A stretch of 64,000 bases of DNA from a virus. The DNA is taken from the IMG/VR virus record IMGVR_UViG_3300022562_002256, positions 1 through 64,000 of that record. One strand, 5' to 3'. Position numbers and translations under genes: made by a program. Of this stretch, positions 37,934 through 47,398 are shown one piece after another; the first letter of the stretch is position 1, and each line of letters starts with the position of its first letter. A model generated the notes under the pieces. That model had not been told where the DNA came from. It did no database searches and saw only the letters and a list, made by a program, of their open reading frames with translations.

Positions 37934-39001
37934 ATGGCCAACTTTGTACGTCTGCGCCCTCCTCTCGGGTGGGTATTCGCGAGCACAGTCTCGCCGGCCG
38001 AGTTTGAGGAGTTCGACGACATCCGTCCGAAGCTCATCAACGCCGCCGACGGGAGCACGCACGCGTGCTCATCACAAATCATCCTTGGCGGCGCTGGGCT
38101 GTGGGTGTCGGGCCCCTCGCGGCTGGACGACATCACAGAGGCTGCACTCGACCCCGCGGGGGGCACATTCACCGTGTCACCCGGGGCGACGCTGACAGTC
38201 GCCGGCGGGGCCGCTGACAGCGGCGAGATCCTGGTTACGGACGGCGTTTTCCCCGGCCTGATTACCTTGGAGCAGAACACCGTGCTCACCGCCAAAGGGG
38301 GAGCCACAATCCATGTGGATGTGTCGGCGATCGAGGTGGTAGATGGCGTGCTTCAGGTCGCGAACGGTGGGATCCTCTCGGTATCGCTTGGCGGCACGGT
38401 CATCATCAACAACGGCGCGACCCTGAATTCGGTCGGCACCACCGTGTTCTCCAGCAGCACATGGCCACAGCTCTCTCCGGCGCGCCCGTGGAATCGCCGG
38501 AGCCTAACGATCGCGGCATGCACCGGAACCGACCAGACCATGACGGCCCCCAACGGGAGCACCACGCCGGATGCATGGAAGATCATCCGTTTGGGCAACA
38601 TCGACCAGATTTTCGCGACCAGCACCGACAACCCGGGTGCCAACATGATCATCGAGTTCGCCGACCTGCCACATGGTGCGACGATGGCGCAGGTGGACAT
38701 CACGTGCATTGGCTCATCTCCCGGAACGGGCGGAATGACGTTCCCGTCCTACCAGATCATCCGGTGGACCGGCACTGTGGTGCAAACGATGTCGGCCATA
38801 ATACCGGACAGCCACGTGTTGGCGGACTGGAACGTGTCGGAGCTCACCACGGCCGTGCCGGTCACCTCGCTCGGAACGATCGATCGCACCTATCGATACG
38901 GGTTGCGCGTGTATCTCGCCCATCACTCGCCCCCGGCGGGGCAGGCATACTACACAGATTGCAAGGCCAGCGGTACAGCCGGGTCTATCCAGGTTGGATA
39001 G
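37934..39001 (+). CDS. putative tail fibre / virion structural protein
   Basis: MANFVRLRPPLGW N-terminus; Gly/Thr/Val-rich beta-stranded body. Confidence 0.6.
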   Translation: MANFVRLRPPLGWVFASTVSPAEFEEFDDIRPKLINAADGSTHACSSQIILGGAGLWVSGPSRLDDITEAALDPAGGTFTVSPGATLTVAGGAADSGEILVTDGVFPGLITLEQNTVLTAKGGATIHVDVSAIEVVDGVLQVANGGILSVSLGGTVIINNGATLNSVGTTVFSSSTWPQLSPARPWNRRSLTIAACTGTDQTMTAPNGSTTPDAWKIIRLGNIDQIFATSTDNPGANMIIEFADLPHGATMAQVDITCIGSSPGTGGMTFPSYQIIRWTGTVVQTMSAIIPDSHVLADWNVSELTTAVPVTSLGTIDRTYRYGLRVYLAHHSPPAGQAYYTDCKASGTAGSIQVG

Positions 39002-39002
39002 A

Positions 39003-39323
39003 CTACGGCGCGCACGGGGGAGGCCCCCCGTCGTAGTACACAACGCCCCCGTCGGCGAAGTGGCACGCCGCGGCATGGATGTAGTACACGCCACATATTG
39101 GGTCGCACAGGTCACGCGTGCAGTCGTCGCCATCATCGGGATCGATGAGGACGTGTGCTGTCTCGCCGGTGAGCGGGTCACATGAGTCTTCGGTGCAGGC
39201 GTCACCATCGTCGACGATGGCCGGGTCGCACAGCTCAGGCCCGCCGTCGTTTCCGCCAACGACGATCACACCATCACCGCATGCGGCAACGAGCACCAAA
39301 AAAAGAAAAAGTCTGGCCCTCAT
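39003..39323 (-). CDS. lipoprotein with DDGxxCTxDxC repeats
   Basis: Lipobox LVAAC; DDGDACTEDSCD and DDGDDCTRDLCD. Confidence 0.75.
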   Translation of the reverse strand: MRARLFLFLVLVAACGDGVIVVGGNDGGPELCDPAIVDDGDACTEDSCDPLTGETAHVLIDPDDGDDCTRDLCDPICGVYYIHAAACHFADGGVVYYDGGPPPCAP

Positions 39324-39334
39324 ATGTCCTCTCC

Positions 39335-39580
39335 TCAGTTCGGCAACCCGCAGTCGGGGAGCGGTGGGGCGGGGGTGAGCCCGCAGTCAAGGTCGGGGCC
39401 ACCGTCCACAGCGCCGCCGCCGGATCCTCCGGCGCCCCCAGTCCCGCCGTCACCGCCCTCCGCGCTCGGTGCGGCGCCACTGCCGCCAGCCCCTCCGTCG
39501 GGCGCCACCCCGCCGCCGCACCCGGCCATGACCATCAGTATGCCGGCGCTGGCCATAATCAAGAGTCGATTGCTACTCAT
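39335..39580 (-). CDS. Gly-linker lipoprotein (Polyangiaceae style)
   Basis: Lipobox MAGC followed by GGAGGSG/GGTGGAGGSGGG linker. Confidence 0.65.
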   Translation of the reverse strand: MSSNRLLIMASAGILMVMAGCGGGVAPDGGAGGSGAAPSAEGGDGGTGGAGGSGGGAVDGGPDLDCGLTPAPPLPDCGLPN

Positions 39581-39731
39581 GCCGCCAATTTGCGCACGGC
39601 ACCGGCGAAGTGCAACCATGACACACCGCGACATGGCGCGACAAGTGCCCTGGAACATGTTGCGCCTGGGTGGCACGCCCACATTTCTCCATGTCGCGAA
39701 ATCGACACTGATGGCGCGCGAGGCCGCGCCG

Positions 39732-39875
39732 TCAGTCGGCGAGAGCGCGCCAGAAAAGGTAGGCGCCGCCGCCCACCGTGCCGAGAAACACCGCAAGCAC
39801 AACCAGTATGCGCATGACGGCGACGACGGTGGAGAAAGTAGGGTGCGAGTTCGGGGAACGGGCGGGGTCAAGCAT
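39732..39875 (-). CDS. 47-aa membrane protein
   Basis: AAGGAG SD; ILVVLAVFLGTVGGGAYLFW. Confidence 0.45.
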   Translation of the reverse strand: MLDPARSPNSHPTFSTVVAVMRILVVLAVFLGTVGGGAYLFWRALAD

Positions 39876-39951
39876 GGGGGCTCCTTGGTGCGCGTTGATG
39901 ATAACACCGCCTCAGCTTGACACCACTCCCCGCGGTGCTACATGGCGCACC

Positions 39952-40599
39952 ATGCGAGCTTCCACGTGCCTCACCTCCCTTGTCGGCGCTGTCATGGTGA
40001 CTGGCGCTCTTTGCGTCGCTCTTTGCAGCCCGAGCAGACGATACAGCCCTCCGTCGGACGTCGAACCCGTCCGCATGAAGCCGGTGGCAGCGTCCAACGT
40101 GCCAAGAGAAGCCAGCGAGCTGCTCGACATCACGCGGGCGTACTGGCGGTTGGTGCGGGACGCGCAAGGGCACGCCGCCATTCTGGGGGCGTGCAAGCCC
40201 GGCAAGCCTTGTGCGCACGCGCTGACGTATGCTGCCCCAACCCTACCAGCCCCGCGGGCGGTGACACCATGCGGCAAGAAGGCTGAGGACGACTACCGCG
40301 CCTACATTCAGTATGTGTCTGGGGTTGCCGCGAGCTACATGGGCATCGTTCCCCCACGGATCGAACCCGTGCACACCGGGGGCGTCACCCACCTGGAGAC
40401 CGACGCATGCTACAGGAGGCTGTTCGTGTGCCGCTTTCGCCGGAACGTGTGTTGGGCAAACAAAGTGGCTGACGCGTTGGGGTTGGGGGATGAGAACGAG
40501 ACGGGCAACTACGCGCGGCCTCTCCTCGATGCGTCGACATGCGAGGTCTTCGTCGACTCCGACGAGAGGCTAGGCGATCGGCTGTGTCATTCGCCATGA
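39952..40599 (+). CDS. secreted or membrane-anchored Cys-rich protein
   Basis: Signal-like N-terminus; TTGACA-16-TACATG promoter places +1 at about the ATG. Confidence 0.55.
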   Translation: MRASTCLTSLVGAVMVTGALCVALCSPSRRYSPPSDVEPVRMKPVAASNVPREASELLDITRAYWRLVRDAQGHAAILGACKPGKPCAHALTYAAPTLPAPRAVTPCGKKAEDDYRAYIQYVSGVAASYMGIVPPRIEPVHTGGVTHLETDACYRRLFVCRFRRNVCWANKVADALGLGDENETGNYARPLLDASTCEVFVDSDERLGDRLCHSP

Positions 40600-40670
40600 C
40601 CCAACGGTCACCGCGGGGGCGTCACAATTGCTGATGTCAGAGGCATCATGAAGCACAGCGCCGAGAGTTT

Positions 40671-41279
40671 TCACGCCGGCCGACCAAACGCCCCCGCCCC
40701 GACGGCGTAGAGGCAGCCCCCCAAGTCCGCGAGGACATCGAGCTCGGATCGCCCCTCGACTTTGGCCAGCTTGGCGCACCTCCATCGTGTCGGTGCGCGC
40801 CGTGGGCATCGAGGGCTCGTCGCGGGGTGTAGAATGCGCAGCAGCCCAGCATGGGTCGCAACGCGTGGGCATGTCGTCGGAGCCTCCGAGCGACCCGGGC
40901 CGCACGATCGGTCGCCCACATCCGATACAGGCGCCGCGGTCGTGCACCTCCCTCGCACGCCGCGGGCGCTCGAATGTCCACGTCGAGCCACAGCCGGTGC
41001 ACCGCTCCCCTTCCCACGCCGACCCGTCCTCGCTGACCACCTGGGCCAGCTTGCCGGCTCGACACCGGGGGCACGCATGGCGCTCCGGAGCCACCGAGCC
41101 ATCGACCAGCCCGGCGTGACCGGCTGGCAGTGTCGCCTCGTCGAGCGCGGCGAGAAGCACACGCCTCGAGCCGGGGCGGTGAAGCGCCGGTTGGCCGCGG
41201 TGTAGTCCAGGCCCTCCTCGCGCACGTGGTCAAGAAATGCGGTCGCCTCTTGGCCGGGGTCCTGCCGGCGGTCAGTCAT
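40671..41279 (-). pseudogene. zinc-finger protein interrupted by two apparent compensating frameshifts
   Basis: CPRC/CTGC/CIGC/CDPC motifs lie in the 40570-41160 frame while start and end lie in the 40671-41279 frame. Confidence 0.4.
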
Positions 41280-42840
41280 CGAACAATCTCCCTTGCCGCT
41301 TCTCGGTCTCGACGGCCTTGGGCATCTCGTCGCCCGCCATGAACGCGGCCACGGCTTGCGGCGTGCATGCTTGCCACGCGGTGAGTCGAGCGCGGGTGAT
41401 CACGCACGCCTCGACACAGAACCCCGCCCCGACCCACTCCACCCCGCGCATCCACGCGGCAATCGCGAACGCGCCCGACCCAGCGCACAGATCACCAACG
41501 CGCCGCGCCCCCGTGAGCTTGAGCAGGTGCAGGCACAGCCCGAGCGGCTTGACCGTGGGGTGCACGTTGCCCTGTGCTCGCGTCTGGGCTTGCTTTCTAG
41601 TCGCTGACACAATGACGTCCGGGTTCGTGGCATCAGGTGTTACCTCCCATTGCTCCCTGGTCACCTGGTCGAATCCGAACGGATTGTCACGGTTCGCTCT
41701 CCAGTATAGCTCCTCGCAGCCGAAGTGCCGCTCAGATGGGCCGCACTTGCCGACGAATCGGAACGGCGGCGTTTGGCTGAAAAAGCGCGAGGGCCCGCCT
41801 TCGTCGGCGTGGCCGTACCCAACGCTATCGCTCGAGCTTCCACCGTACCCCTGGCTACCGGCGCTGTTGTTCCTCGGTCTATCCGTTGACACGCTGTGCC
41901 CTCCCTGCGCGTCGACCTCCGCCATCGGACAGCACCACCCCCCAGGCTCGCCACATTCGCACCGAGGAGCGGGGCCGCCTGATTCTGCGAGCCACGTCGA
42001 GCCGCACGTCTCGCAGCCTGCGACGCAGCGATAGGCGGGGATGGTCTCGGTTCCGTCGACAGCAAAACCATCCCATTTGTCCGCGCGCACGGTCGAGCCC
42101 ATGGCGATCTTGAATGCGCCCGCCTGTTCTCCGGTATGGTCTCTCGGCTGCGAGCCCCTAACCTTCCGCGCCCCCGTCCGCTCACAACGCTCATCGTGCG
42201 AGAATATCACGTTGCCAGGCCGGCCGCCGTCGGTGTGTCGCGTCGGTTCCTTGTACAGAGCCCCACCCGACGCGAACAGCACGCCCGGGCCGCCTGTGTG
42301 CGACCGCAACTCGCCCCTCGGAACCCGTACGGCGTCCACGTCGAGACGCACCGCGCCCGGACTCTTTGTAGCCACGAGCCAGTGCTCGGCCAGCGGTCGG
42401 AGCGTATGGCGCCCTTTCGGCCAGCCTTGCGCCTGGATGTGCGTGATGACATCTCGGACGAAGAACCCAGCGAGCCGCAGCGCCTCAGCCGTCCAGTCCG
42501 ACGTGCGCGGTATGGCCCACACGATCGCGATGCCCTCGGGCGTCAGGCAGTCGTACGCCGCCGCAAACCGCTCAGCCCAGTACATCACGAACGCGTGGCG
42601 CTCTTGGATGTCACGGAGGTGCGCCTTCGACCGCGCGGGGAAGGGGGGCTCGTAGTGGGTGGCAGGGTTCGACCTGTCCCAACGCCTACTCATGAATGCG
42701 ATCCCGGCCGGGGGGTCGGTCACCACCGCGTCAAGCGGAAGTTCCTCGCCGGCTGCGATCCGCGCGGCCAGAGCGCGATACACATCGAGGCAGTCCCCGT
42801 GATAGAGGCGTACGTTTTGTGCTCCAAACCAGGGGATCAT
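41272..42840 (-). CDS. DNA methyltransferase, N6/N4 beta class
   Basis: LYHGDCL...VVTDPPAGI...HPTVKP...DLCAGSG. Confidence 0.9.
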   Translation of the reverse strand: MIPWFGAQNVRLYHGDCLDVYRALAARIAAGEELPLDAVVTDPPAGIAFMSRRWDRSNPATHYEPPFPARSKAHLRDIQERHAFVMYWAERFAAAYDCLTPEGIAIVWAIPRTSDWTAEALRLAGFFVRDVITHIQAQGWPKGRHTLRPLAEHWLVATKSPGAVRLDVDAVRVPRGELRSHTGGPGVLFASGGALYKEPTRHTDGGRPGNVIFSHDERCERTGARKVRGSQPRDHTGEQAGAFKIAMGSTVRADKWDGFAVDGTETIPAYRCVAGCETCGSTWLAESGGPAPRCECGEPGGWCCPMAEVDAQGGHSVSTDRPRNNSAGSQGYGGSSSDSVGYGHADEGGPSRFFSQTPPFRFVGKCGPSERHFGCEELYWRANRDNPFGFDQVTREQWEVTPDATNPDVIVSATRKQAQTRAQGNVHPTVKPLGLCLHLLKLTGARRVGDLCAGSGAFAIAAWMRGVEWVGAGFCVEACVITRARLTAWQACTPQAVAAFMAGDEMPKAVETEKRQGRLFDD

Positions 42841-43073
42841 TCTCGCACCAACTCCCGCGCTTGCCGGGCGGCCTCGCGAGCGGCGCGGCGGTGGATCTTG
42901 GCGACGTCCGCGACTGGCTGCCACGGCTCGCCGGCCTTGAAGGCCAGCTCGGCCCGAACCTCGGCGCACCCGCGGAGGTATGCCTGCGTCACGGCCTCGC
43001 GCAGCAATCGTCGGAGCCTCCGTTCGATCGCGGTCATCCGCCACACCCGGGACACATCCCCGACCCGTCGCAC
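42837..43073 (-). CDS. hypothetical protein
   Basis: Coupled ORF. Confidence 0.5.
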   Translation of the reverse strand: MRRVGDVSRVWRMTAIERRLRRLLREAVTQAYLRGCAEVRAELAFKAGEPWQPVADVAKIHRRAAREAARQARELVRE

Positions 43074-43234
43074 TGCTCGCAGTCAGGGTTGTCCCCGCCG
43101 CAGGGGCAGCCCCCCTCGTCGTGGCAGACCAGGCAGTCGATCGGCAGCGGGCTGGGTGGGGCGTCCACCGATGGCTTCCCGAGGAAGGCGTCCACTGCCG
43201 CCCGCGTGGCGTTGGGGTCAGGCCATGTGCTCAT
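43034..43234 (-). CDS. small zinc-finger protein
   Basis: CLVC..CPC..CEQCDGSGMCPGC. Confidence 0.5.
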   Translation of the reverse strand: MSTWPDPNATRAAVDAFLGKPSVDAPPSPLPIDCLVCHDEGGCPCGGDNPDCEQCDGSGMCPGCGG

Positions 43235-43536
43235 GTCGGTCATCCTATACGGAGGTGGGGCTCGCGCGCAACGTGCGCACGAACACCCCACCGCGCAACT
43301 GTGCCCCATCCCGTCGCTACGGCGCCGCCAAGCGTGGCTGAGGCACCGGACGGGCTGCCACAGCCAAGCGGGCACCAAACCCGCGCCACAGGCCCACCAC
43401 GGGGCGGTGACGGTCACCGTGTGGCGCCGACGGGCCCGCCGACTCCCCGTCGGCGAATCGTCTTGGTTGCCGACTCCACAAAACTGTGCTAAGCGCGGGG
43501 GCGACACCCGCCGTCACCCAGCCAACCGAGGACCCC

Positions 43537-44991
43537 ATGCCCAGTCCACCCGACCTCGCGCTCGACCCCAACGACGCCAAGCTCGCCGCTGGCACCAAGC
43601 CGGACGGTACGCCGAGTTCGATCGCGCTCGATGCAGACGGCCAACTCCTCGTCGGCGGCAGTGCGCTGCCGGCTGGCGCCGCAACCAGCGCGTTGCAGGG
43701 CGCTGGGCTGCCCTCTGCGTTCACCGATGGCGGTGGCGTCAAGGTCGGCATCGTCGACGCTTTGCCATCAGGAACAAACACCATCGGCGCAGTCACCGGT
43801 GCCGCTGGCACAGCGCTCGCGACCGAGGATGGGGTCCAGTCGCTTCGGAACCCGTATGGCGAGCTGCGACTGGAGACTGACGCTCTCCAGTATGCCAACT
43901 TCGCGGCCGGTCTCGCCGCTGCGAAGGTGACCCCGAATGTGACCGGCTCGGGCGCCGTGGTGTGGGACACCACCTATCGCTGCGCTCGCCTGTCGGTCGG
44001 AACCGCCGTGGGCACGGCTGTAATTTTGGCTAATACGCCGGGAACCTATCGAACGGACGACGTCAGCGGGCTGGAGGTCACCTTTTTCGTAGGTCCCGAG
44101 CAGGACGCCGCTCTTTTCATCGAAATCGGTGTCATCGCCGACCACGGCCTCGCGAGCTTGTTCCGGTTGACAGACGGCCGCGTGTACATCGTGATTGTCC
44201 ATGCGAGTCTCCCTGGAGGCGAGGAGGCATTTGAGATCACCGACGCCGTGGCGGCTGTCGATTTTGCGGTGGGATGGCATACGATCTCGCTGCGGACCGC
44301 TGGGGAAGGCGGCTGGTGGAGCGAGCTCCGGATTGATGGTATTGTGATTTTTGGTGGGTTTGCACCCCCCGGCCCGATTGTGAGTGCGGCGTGGCATGAA
44401 ACTCGTATCGGTGTGCGTGTGCGATCGACGGCGACCACGCCAGCCGGCGGTTCTGTCTACGTGCGAGGATTTTCGTTCACCACGAACAAGGTGCCGCCGA
44501 TTTCGATCGCGACGGTCACGCGCCCATCGGTGTCTGTTGGAACAACCCAGATCGGCTTGTTCGGCGTCGCCCCGGCCACGACCGTGAATGGGGTGTTCTG
44601 TTATCAGCCGGCCTGGCCAATCGAGTTGGCGCTGGTGACCGAAGCGACGTCGGGGATGGCTTTGTATGCCTATGAAGTAGCCCCATCGGCGCCCGATCCG
44701 TTCAACGGGACCGGAGCGTGGACCGCGGTGCCAGGAACCACGCTCGTGGCGAACACGACGCCCAGTGTCCTGCCTGCCGATCTTGTCTTGCCCGGCGCGA
44801 TATTGCGAGGGATAGCTACACTGTCGAACGACTTGGATCTTTCCGCCATCTACGGGCCCGGGCGTCTGGCGCTCTACGTCCCCCCGCTCGTGACGGCCAG
44901 TTCGCGCCTTGTTGTGGTAGCAGCTCGGGCCAGTGGCGCCGCCGCGCAGACGACCGGCGTTATGTCAATCGGAGTGCAGTACACCACGTAG
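43537..44991 (+). CDS. putative virion structural protein (fibre or lectin-like)
   Basis: Low-complexity G/A/T N-terminus, then beta-sandwich-like WHTISLR..LRIDG. Confidence 0.55.
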   Translation: MPSPPDLALDPNDAKLAAGTKPDGTPSSIALDADGQLLVGGSALPAGAATSALQGAGLPSAFTDGGGVKVGIVDALPSGTNTIGAVTGAAGTALATEDGVQSLRNPYGELRLETDALQYANFAAGLAAAKVTPNVTGSGAVVWDTTYRCARLSVGTAVGTAVILANTPGTYRTDDVSGLEVTFFVGPEQDAALFIEIGVIADHGLASLFRLTDGRVYIVIVHASLPGGEEAFEITDAVAAVDFAVGWHTISLRTAGEGGWWSELRIDGIVIFGGFAPPGPIVSAAWHETRIGVRVRSTATTPAGGSVYVRGFSFTTNKVPPISIATVTRPSVSVGTTQIGLFGVAPATTVNGVFCYQPAWPIELALVTEATSGMALYAYEVAPSAPDPFNGTGAWTAVPGTTLVANTTPSVLPADLVLPGAILRGIATLSNDLDLSAIYGPGRLALYVPPLVTASSRLVVVAARASGAAAQTTGVMSIGVQYTT

Positions 44992-45529
44992 ACCAATGGC
45001 ACGCCGCGGGGCATCGCATGGCGCGTGCCACTCCCACCCCCGCGATGCGCCCACGGTGCCCAGCAGCGCGGAGCGTGGCTGACACCGCTTGAAGGGTTGT
45101 CCCCTCCGTCACCACGTCGTCGATGAGGAGCACGTCCTCATGCGCGCCCAACCCATCCGGCTGATACGCCAGTGAGCGCAGGTGCTCGGCGATGGGTAGC
45201 CCGCCCCGCCCCTCTCGGCGACGCAGCCTCGATGACTCGACGTCGTACGCGCGCACCACTGGCTCCGCCACCCGCGAACCGCCACCCAGCCCGACCAGGG
45301 CTTCCGCGAGGGGCCGAAGGGAGGGGCGCGTCCACGAGGAGCGGGGCACCGGCACAACCACGCCACCGAACGAGGGAATGCACGCCGCAAGCGCCCGCGC
45401 CGAGCGGAGGGTGGCGTCGCGCTCCCCCGCTTTCAACGCCTCAATGATGTCCCGTGCGGCGGCGGTGCGCTGGCTCAACCCGCGGTAGCGCCGCGACAGG
45501 TAGGGGAGAGGAGCGACGATGTTGAGCAT
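44960..45529 (-). CDS. type I phosphoribosyltransferase (ComF-like)
   Basis: VVPVPRS...VLLIDDVVTEGTTL. Confidence 0.85.
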   Translation of the reverse strand: MLNIVAPLPYLSRRYRGLSQRTAAARDIIEALKAGERDATLRSARALAACIPSFGGVVVPVPRSSWTRPSLRPLAEALVGLGGGSRVAEPVVRAYDVESSRLRRREGRGGLPIAEHLRSLAYQPDGLGAHEDVLLIDDVVTEGTTLQAVSATLRAAGHRGRIAGVGVARAMRCPAACHWSTWCTALRLT

Positions 45530-45698
45530 ACGCCAGCAACTTGCACGATCCGCGCCACAACGGCTCAAGTGGTCAAGCCGCAGCGAACCGCTTCCGTCGC
45601 TCGGCGACCATCGCGTCTGCATACTTCGCGGCACTCTCTGCCATCGTCTCAAATGCGAGCGGAACGGGAAACCGCGCGTCGCGGCCACCATCAACCGG

Positions 45699-46361
45699 CT
45701 ACGTCGCGGCAAGCGCATTGAACACCTCTGCCTCGGTCAGAGGCCGCCCTGCGGTGTTGATGCGTCGGAAGACCTCACGCGCAAGCGCCTCGTCGCCGTG
45801 GACGACGAGCACGCCGACCCGTGTCTCGTGGAGTCTCGCCGCCGCTGCGTAAAGACGAGTCCCGCGGTCTCTAGCCAGGCGCCACGCTGTGTCGTCGGCC
45901 GACGACACAGACTCGTACAAGCCAGTTAAGAATTCTTGACATGCAGCGGTTTCAAGGACCGCGCGCACGGGGGCGTACCGCGCGGGGGGGCGTACCGCGC
46001 TCGCCGGCGCATCGTGTTCTGCCACCACGTATCGATCCTCGTCCATGTCGAATCGAACCGGTGACGTGCCATCCCATGCACGTGCGAGAGACGTGACCCG
46101 CTGCTGACCATCGATCAGCCACGCCGTGGGACCGGTCTGCCAGACTACGATCGTGCCCACGGGCACGCCACGGTCCAGCGAGTCCCATAACGCGGCCTCG
46201 TCCGCCGGTTCCCAGCAGAAGGGGCGCTGAAATGCGGGCACGCGCCACCCGCCTGCTGCGGCGTGCTCGGCGACGTGCGCGACCCACAACGCTGCCGGCT
46301 CAACGCCACCCCACAACGAGTGCCGGCGTGTGGGAGGCGGGGTATGTTTGGGCCGACTCAT
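45699..46361 (-). CDS. DUF262 (GmrSD N-terminal, ParB-like) protein
   Basis: VPAFQRPFCW...PVGTIVVW...LIDGQQRVTS...FRRINTAGRPL. Confidence 0.9.
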   Translation of the reverse strand: MSRPKHTPPPTRRHSLWGGVEPAALWVAHVAEHAAAGGWRVPAFQRPFCWEPADEAALWDSLDRGVPVGTIVVWQTGPTAWLIDGQQRVTSLARAWDGTSPVRFDMDEDRYVVAEHDAPASAVRPPARYAPVRAVLETAACQEFLTGLYESVSSADDTAWRLARDRGTRLYAAAARLHETRVGVLVVHGDEALAREVFRRINTAGRPLTEAEVFNALAAT

Positions 46362-46636
46362 TGCCCGACCTTGCGCCCCGCCACGTCCACGGCGTCGTCG
46401 ACGTAAACCCCACGTTCCTGGCGCCACGTGCGTCCCCATGTGGGCGGGGGGCCGTGCGCGTTCTCGCGCTCGAGTCGGGCGGGCACACCCTCAAGGCTGC
46501 CGGCCTTGAGGGACACCTGCGTTTGCGCTGGGCAGCGCCGCCCAAAAAGCTCTACCGCGTCGTCCGGTGACGCGGCGAGCAGCGCCCCGATGACCCGACC
46601 GGGGGGGAACACCTTGATAACGAACCACTCGCTCAT
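46358..46636 (-). CDS. hypothetical protein
   Basis: sigma54 motif 46649-46664 is 14 nt from ATG. Confidence 0.55.
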   Translation of the reverse strand: MSEWFVIKVFPPGRVIGALLAASPDDAVELFGRRCPAQTQVSLKAGSLEGVPARLERENAHGPPPTWGRTWRQERGVYVDDAVDVAGRKVGQ

Positions 46637-46648
46637 GGCCGGCCATGT

Positions 46649-46952
46649 TGCACAGGCCGTGCCAACCGAGATGCCCCTGCCGGCGAGGTGTTCAGTGGTT
46701 TGGTGGTGTTCAGTATTGGCTGTGGCGTTATGCCACGGAGTTGTTCCGGGATCGCGTGCTGACAGCCACTTGAGTGCTGGCTCTGCGATGTGTGGCACTC
46801 CGCCACACCGTGGCAACATGCCACGCCCCGCCGACGCGGCCAAGTGCTCGAAATCATTGACGCGGCGTGGATCGACCCCGATCCGCCACCGTAAGGCAAC
46901 ATACGGCACGCCCCCAACAACGCCACAACCACCAGGTGGCACGGCGCGTGCA
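46649..46952. repeat. intergenic cassette B, copy 2, between divergent sigma54 motifs
   Basis: Near-identical to 15242-15518. Confidence 0.85.
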
Positions 46953-47027
46953 TTCACCGTCTGGCGTAACGACGGTCGGCACCCGCAGCCCGCGTGTGCT
47001 ACAACCGCCGAGAACGGAGGAGACGGT

Positions 47028-47182
47028 CGCGGGGTTACGAGGTGGATCGGTCGAACTGGTCTTGTCGAGGTGATACCTCAATTAAGCGCGAAAGCGGCGC
47101 TGACCCCACCGAATCGAGGCACGTACGCACGAAAAATGTGGAGCACGGCGTGACCACACGTGATTGTCGACGTAACCCTGCG
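47028..47182 (+). ncRNA. candidate structured RNA
   Basis: 12-bp closing stem CGCGGGGTTACG/CGTAACCCTGCG with internal hairpins; downstream of sigma54 motif 46937-46952. Confidence 0.4.
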
Positions 47183-47206
47183 GCCAGTCCCCACGTCACG
47201 AATGGA

Positions 47207-47398
47207 GTTCGGTCAAGCATACCAGGGATAGAGTTCAGCCTGGGACGGTACGCGCCGCACCGTGAGAGTGCCAAGCGCCTCTTAGCCGTCAGTTAAAGCC
47301 CCGTAAAACCCCCCGCAGGGGGGCGGGGTCGGATGACCGGGCAAGTCATCCGACGTAAGCCGGGCACCCGACTCTATCCCTGATATGCTCGACCGAAC
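47207..47398. ncRNA. candidate ~190-nt structured RNA closed by a 28-bp stem
   Basis: 47207-47234 pairs with 47371-47398 (26/28); inner 10-bp hairpin GTCGGATGAC/GTCATCCGAC. Confidence 0.55.

Noticed and set aside
46960-47045. c-di-GMP-I riboswitch suggested by GCGGGGTTAC
   Set aside because: No P1 GAAA tetraloop/receptor or GCAAA elements, and the segment pairs better with 47171-47182
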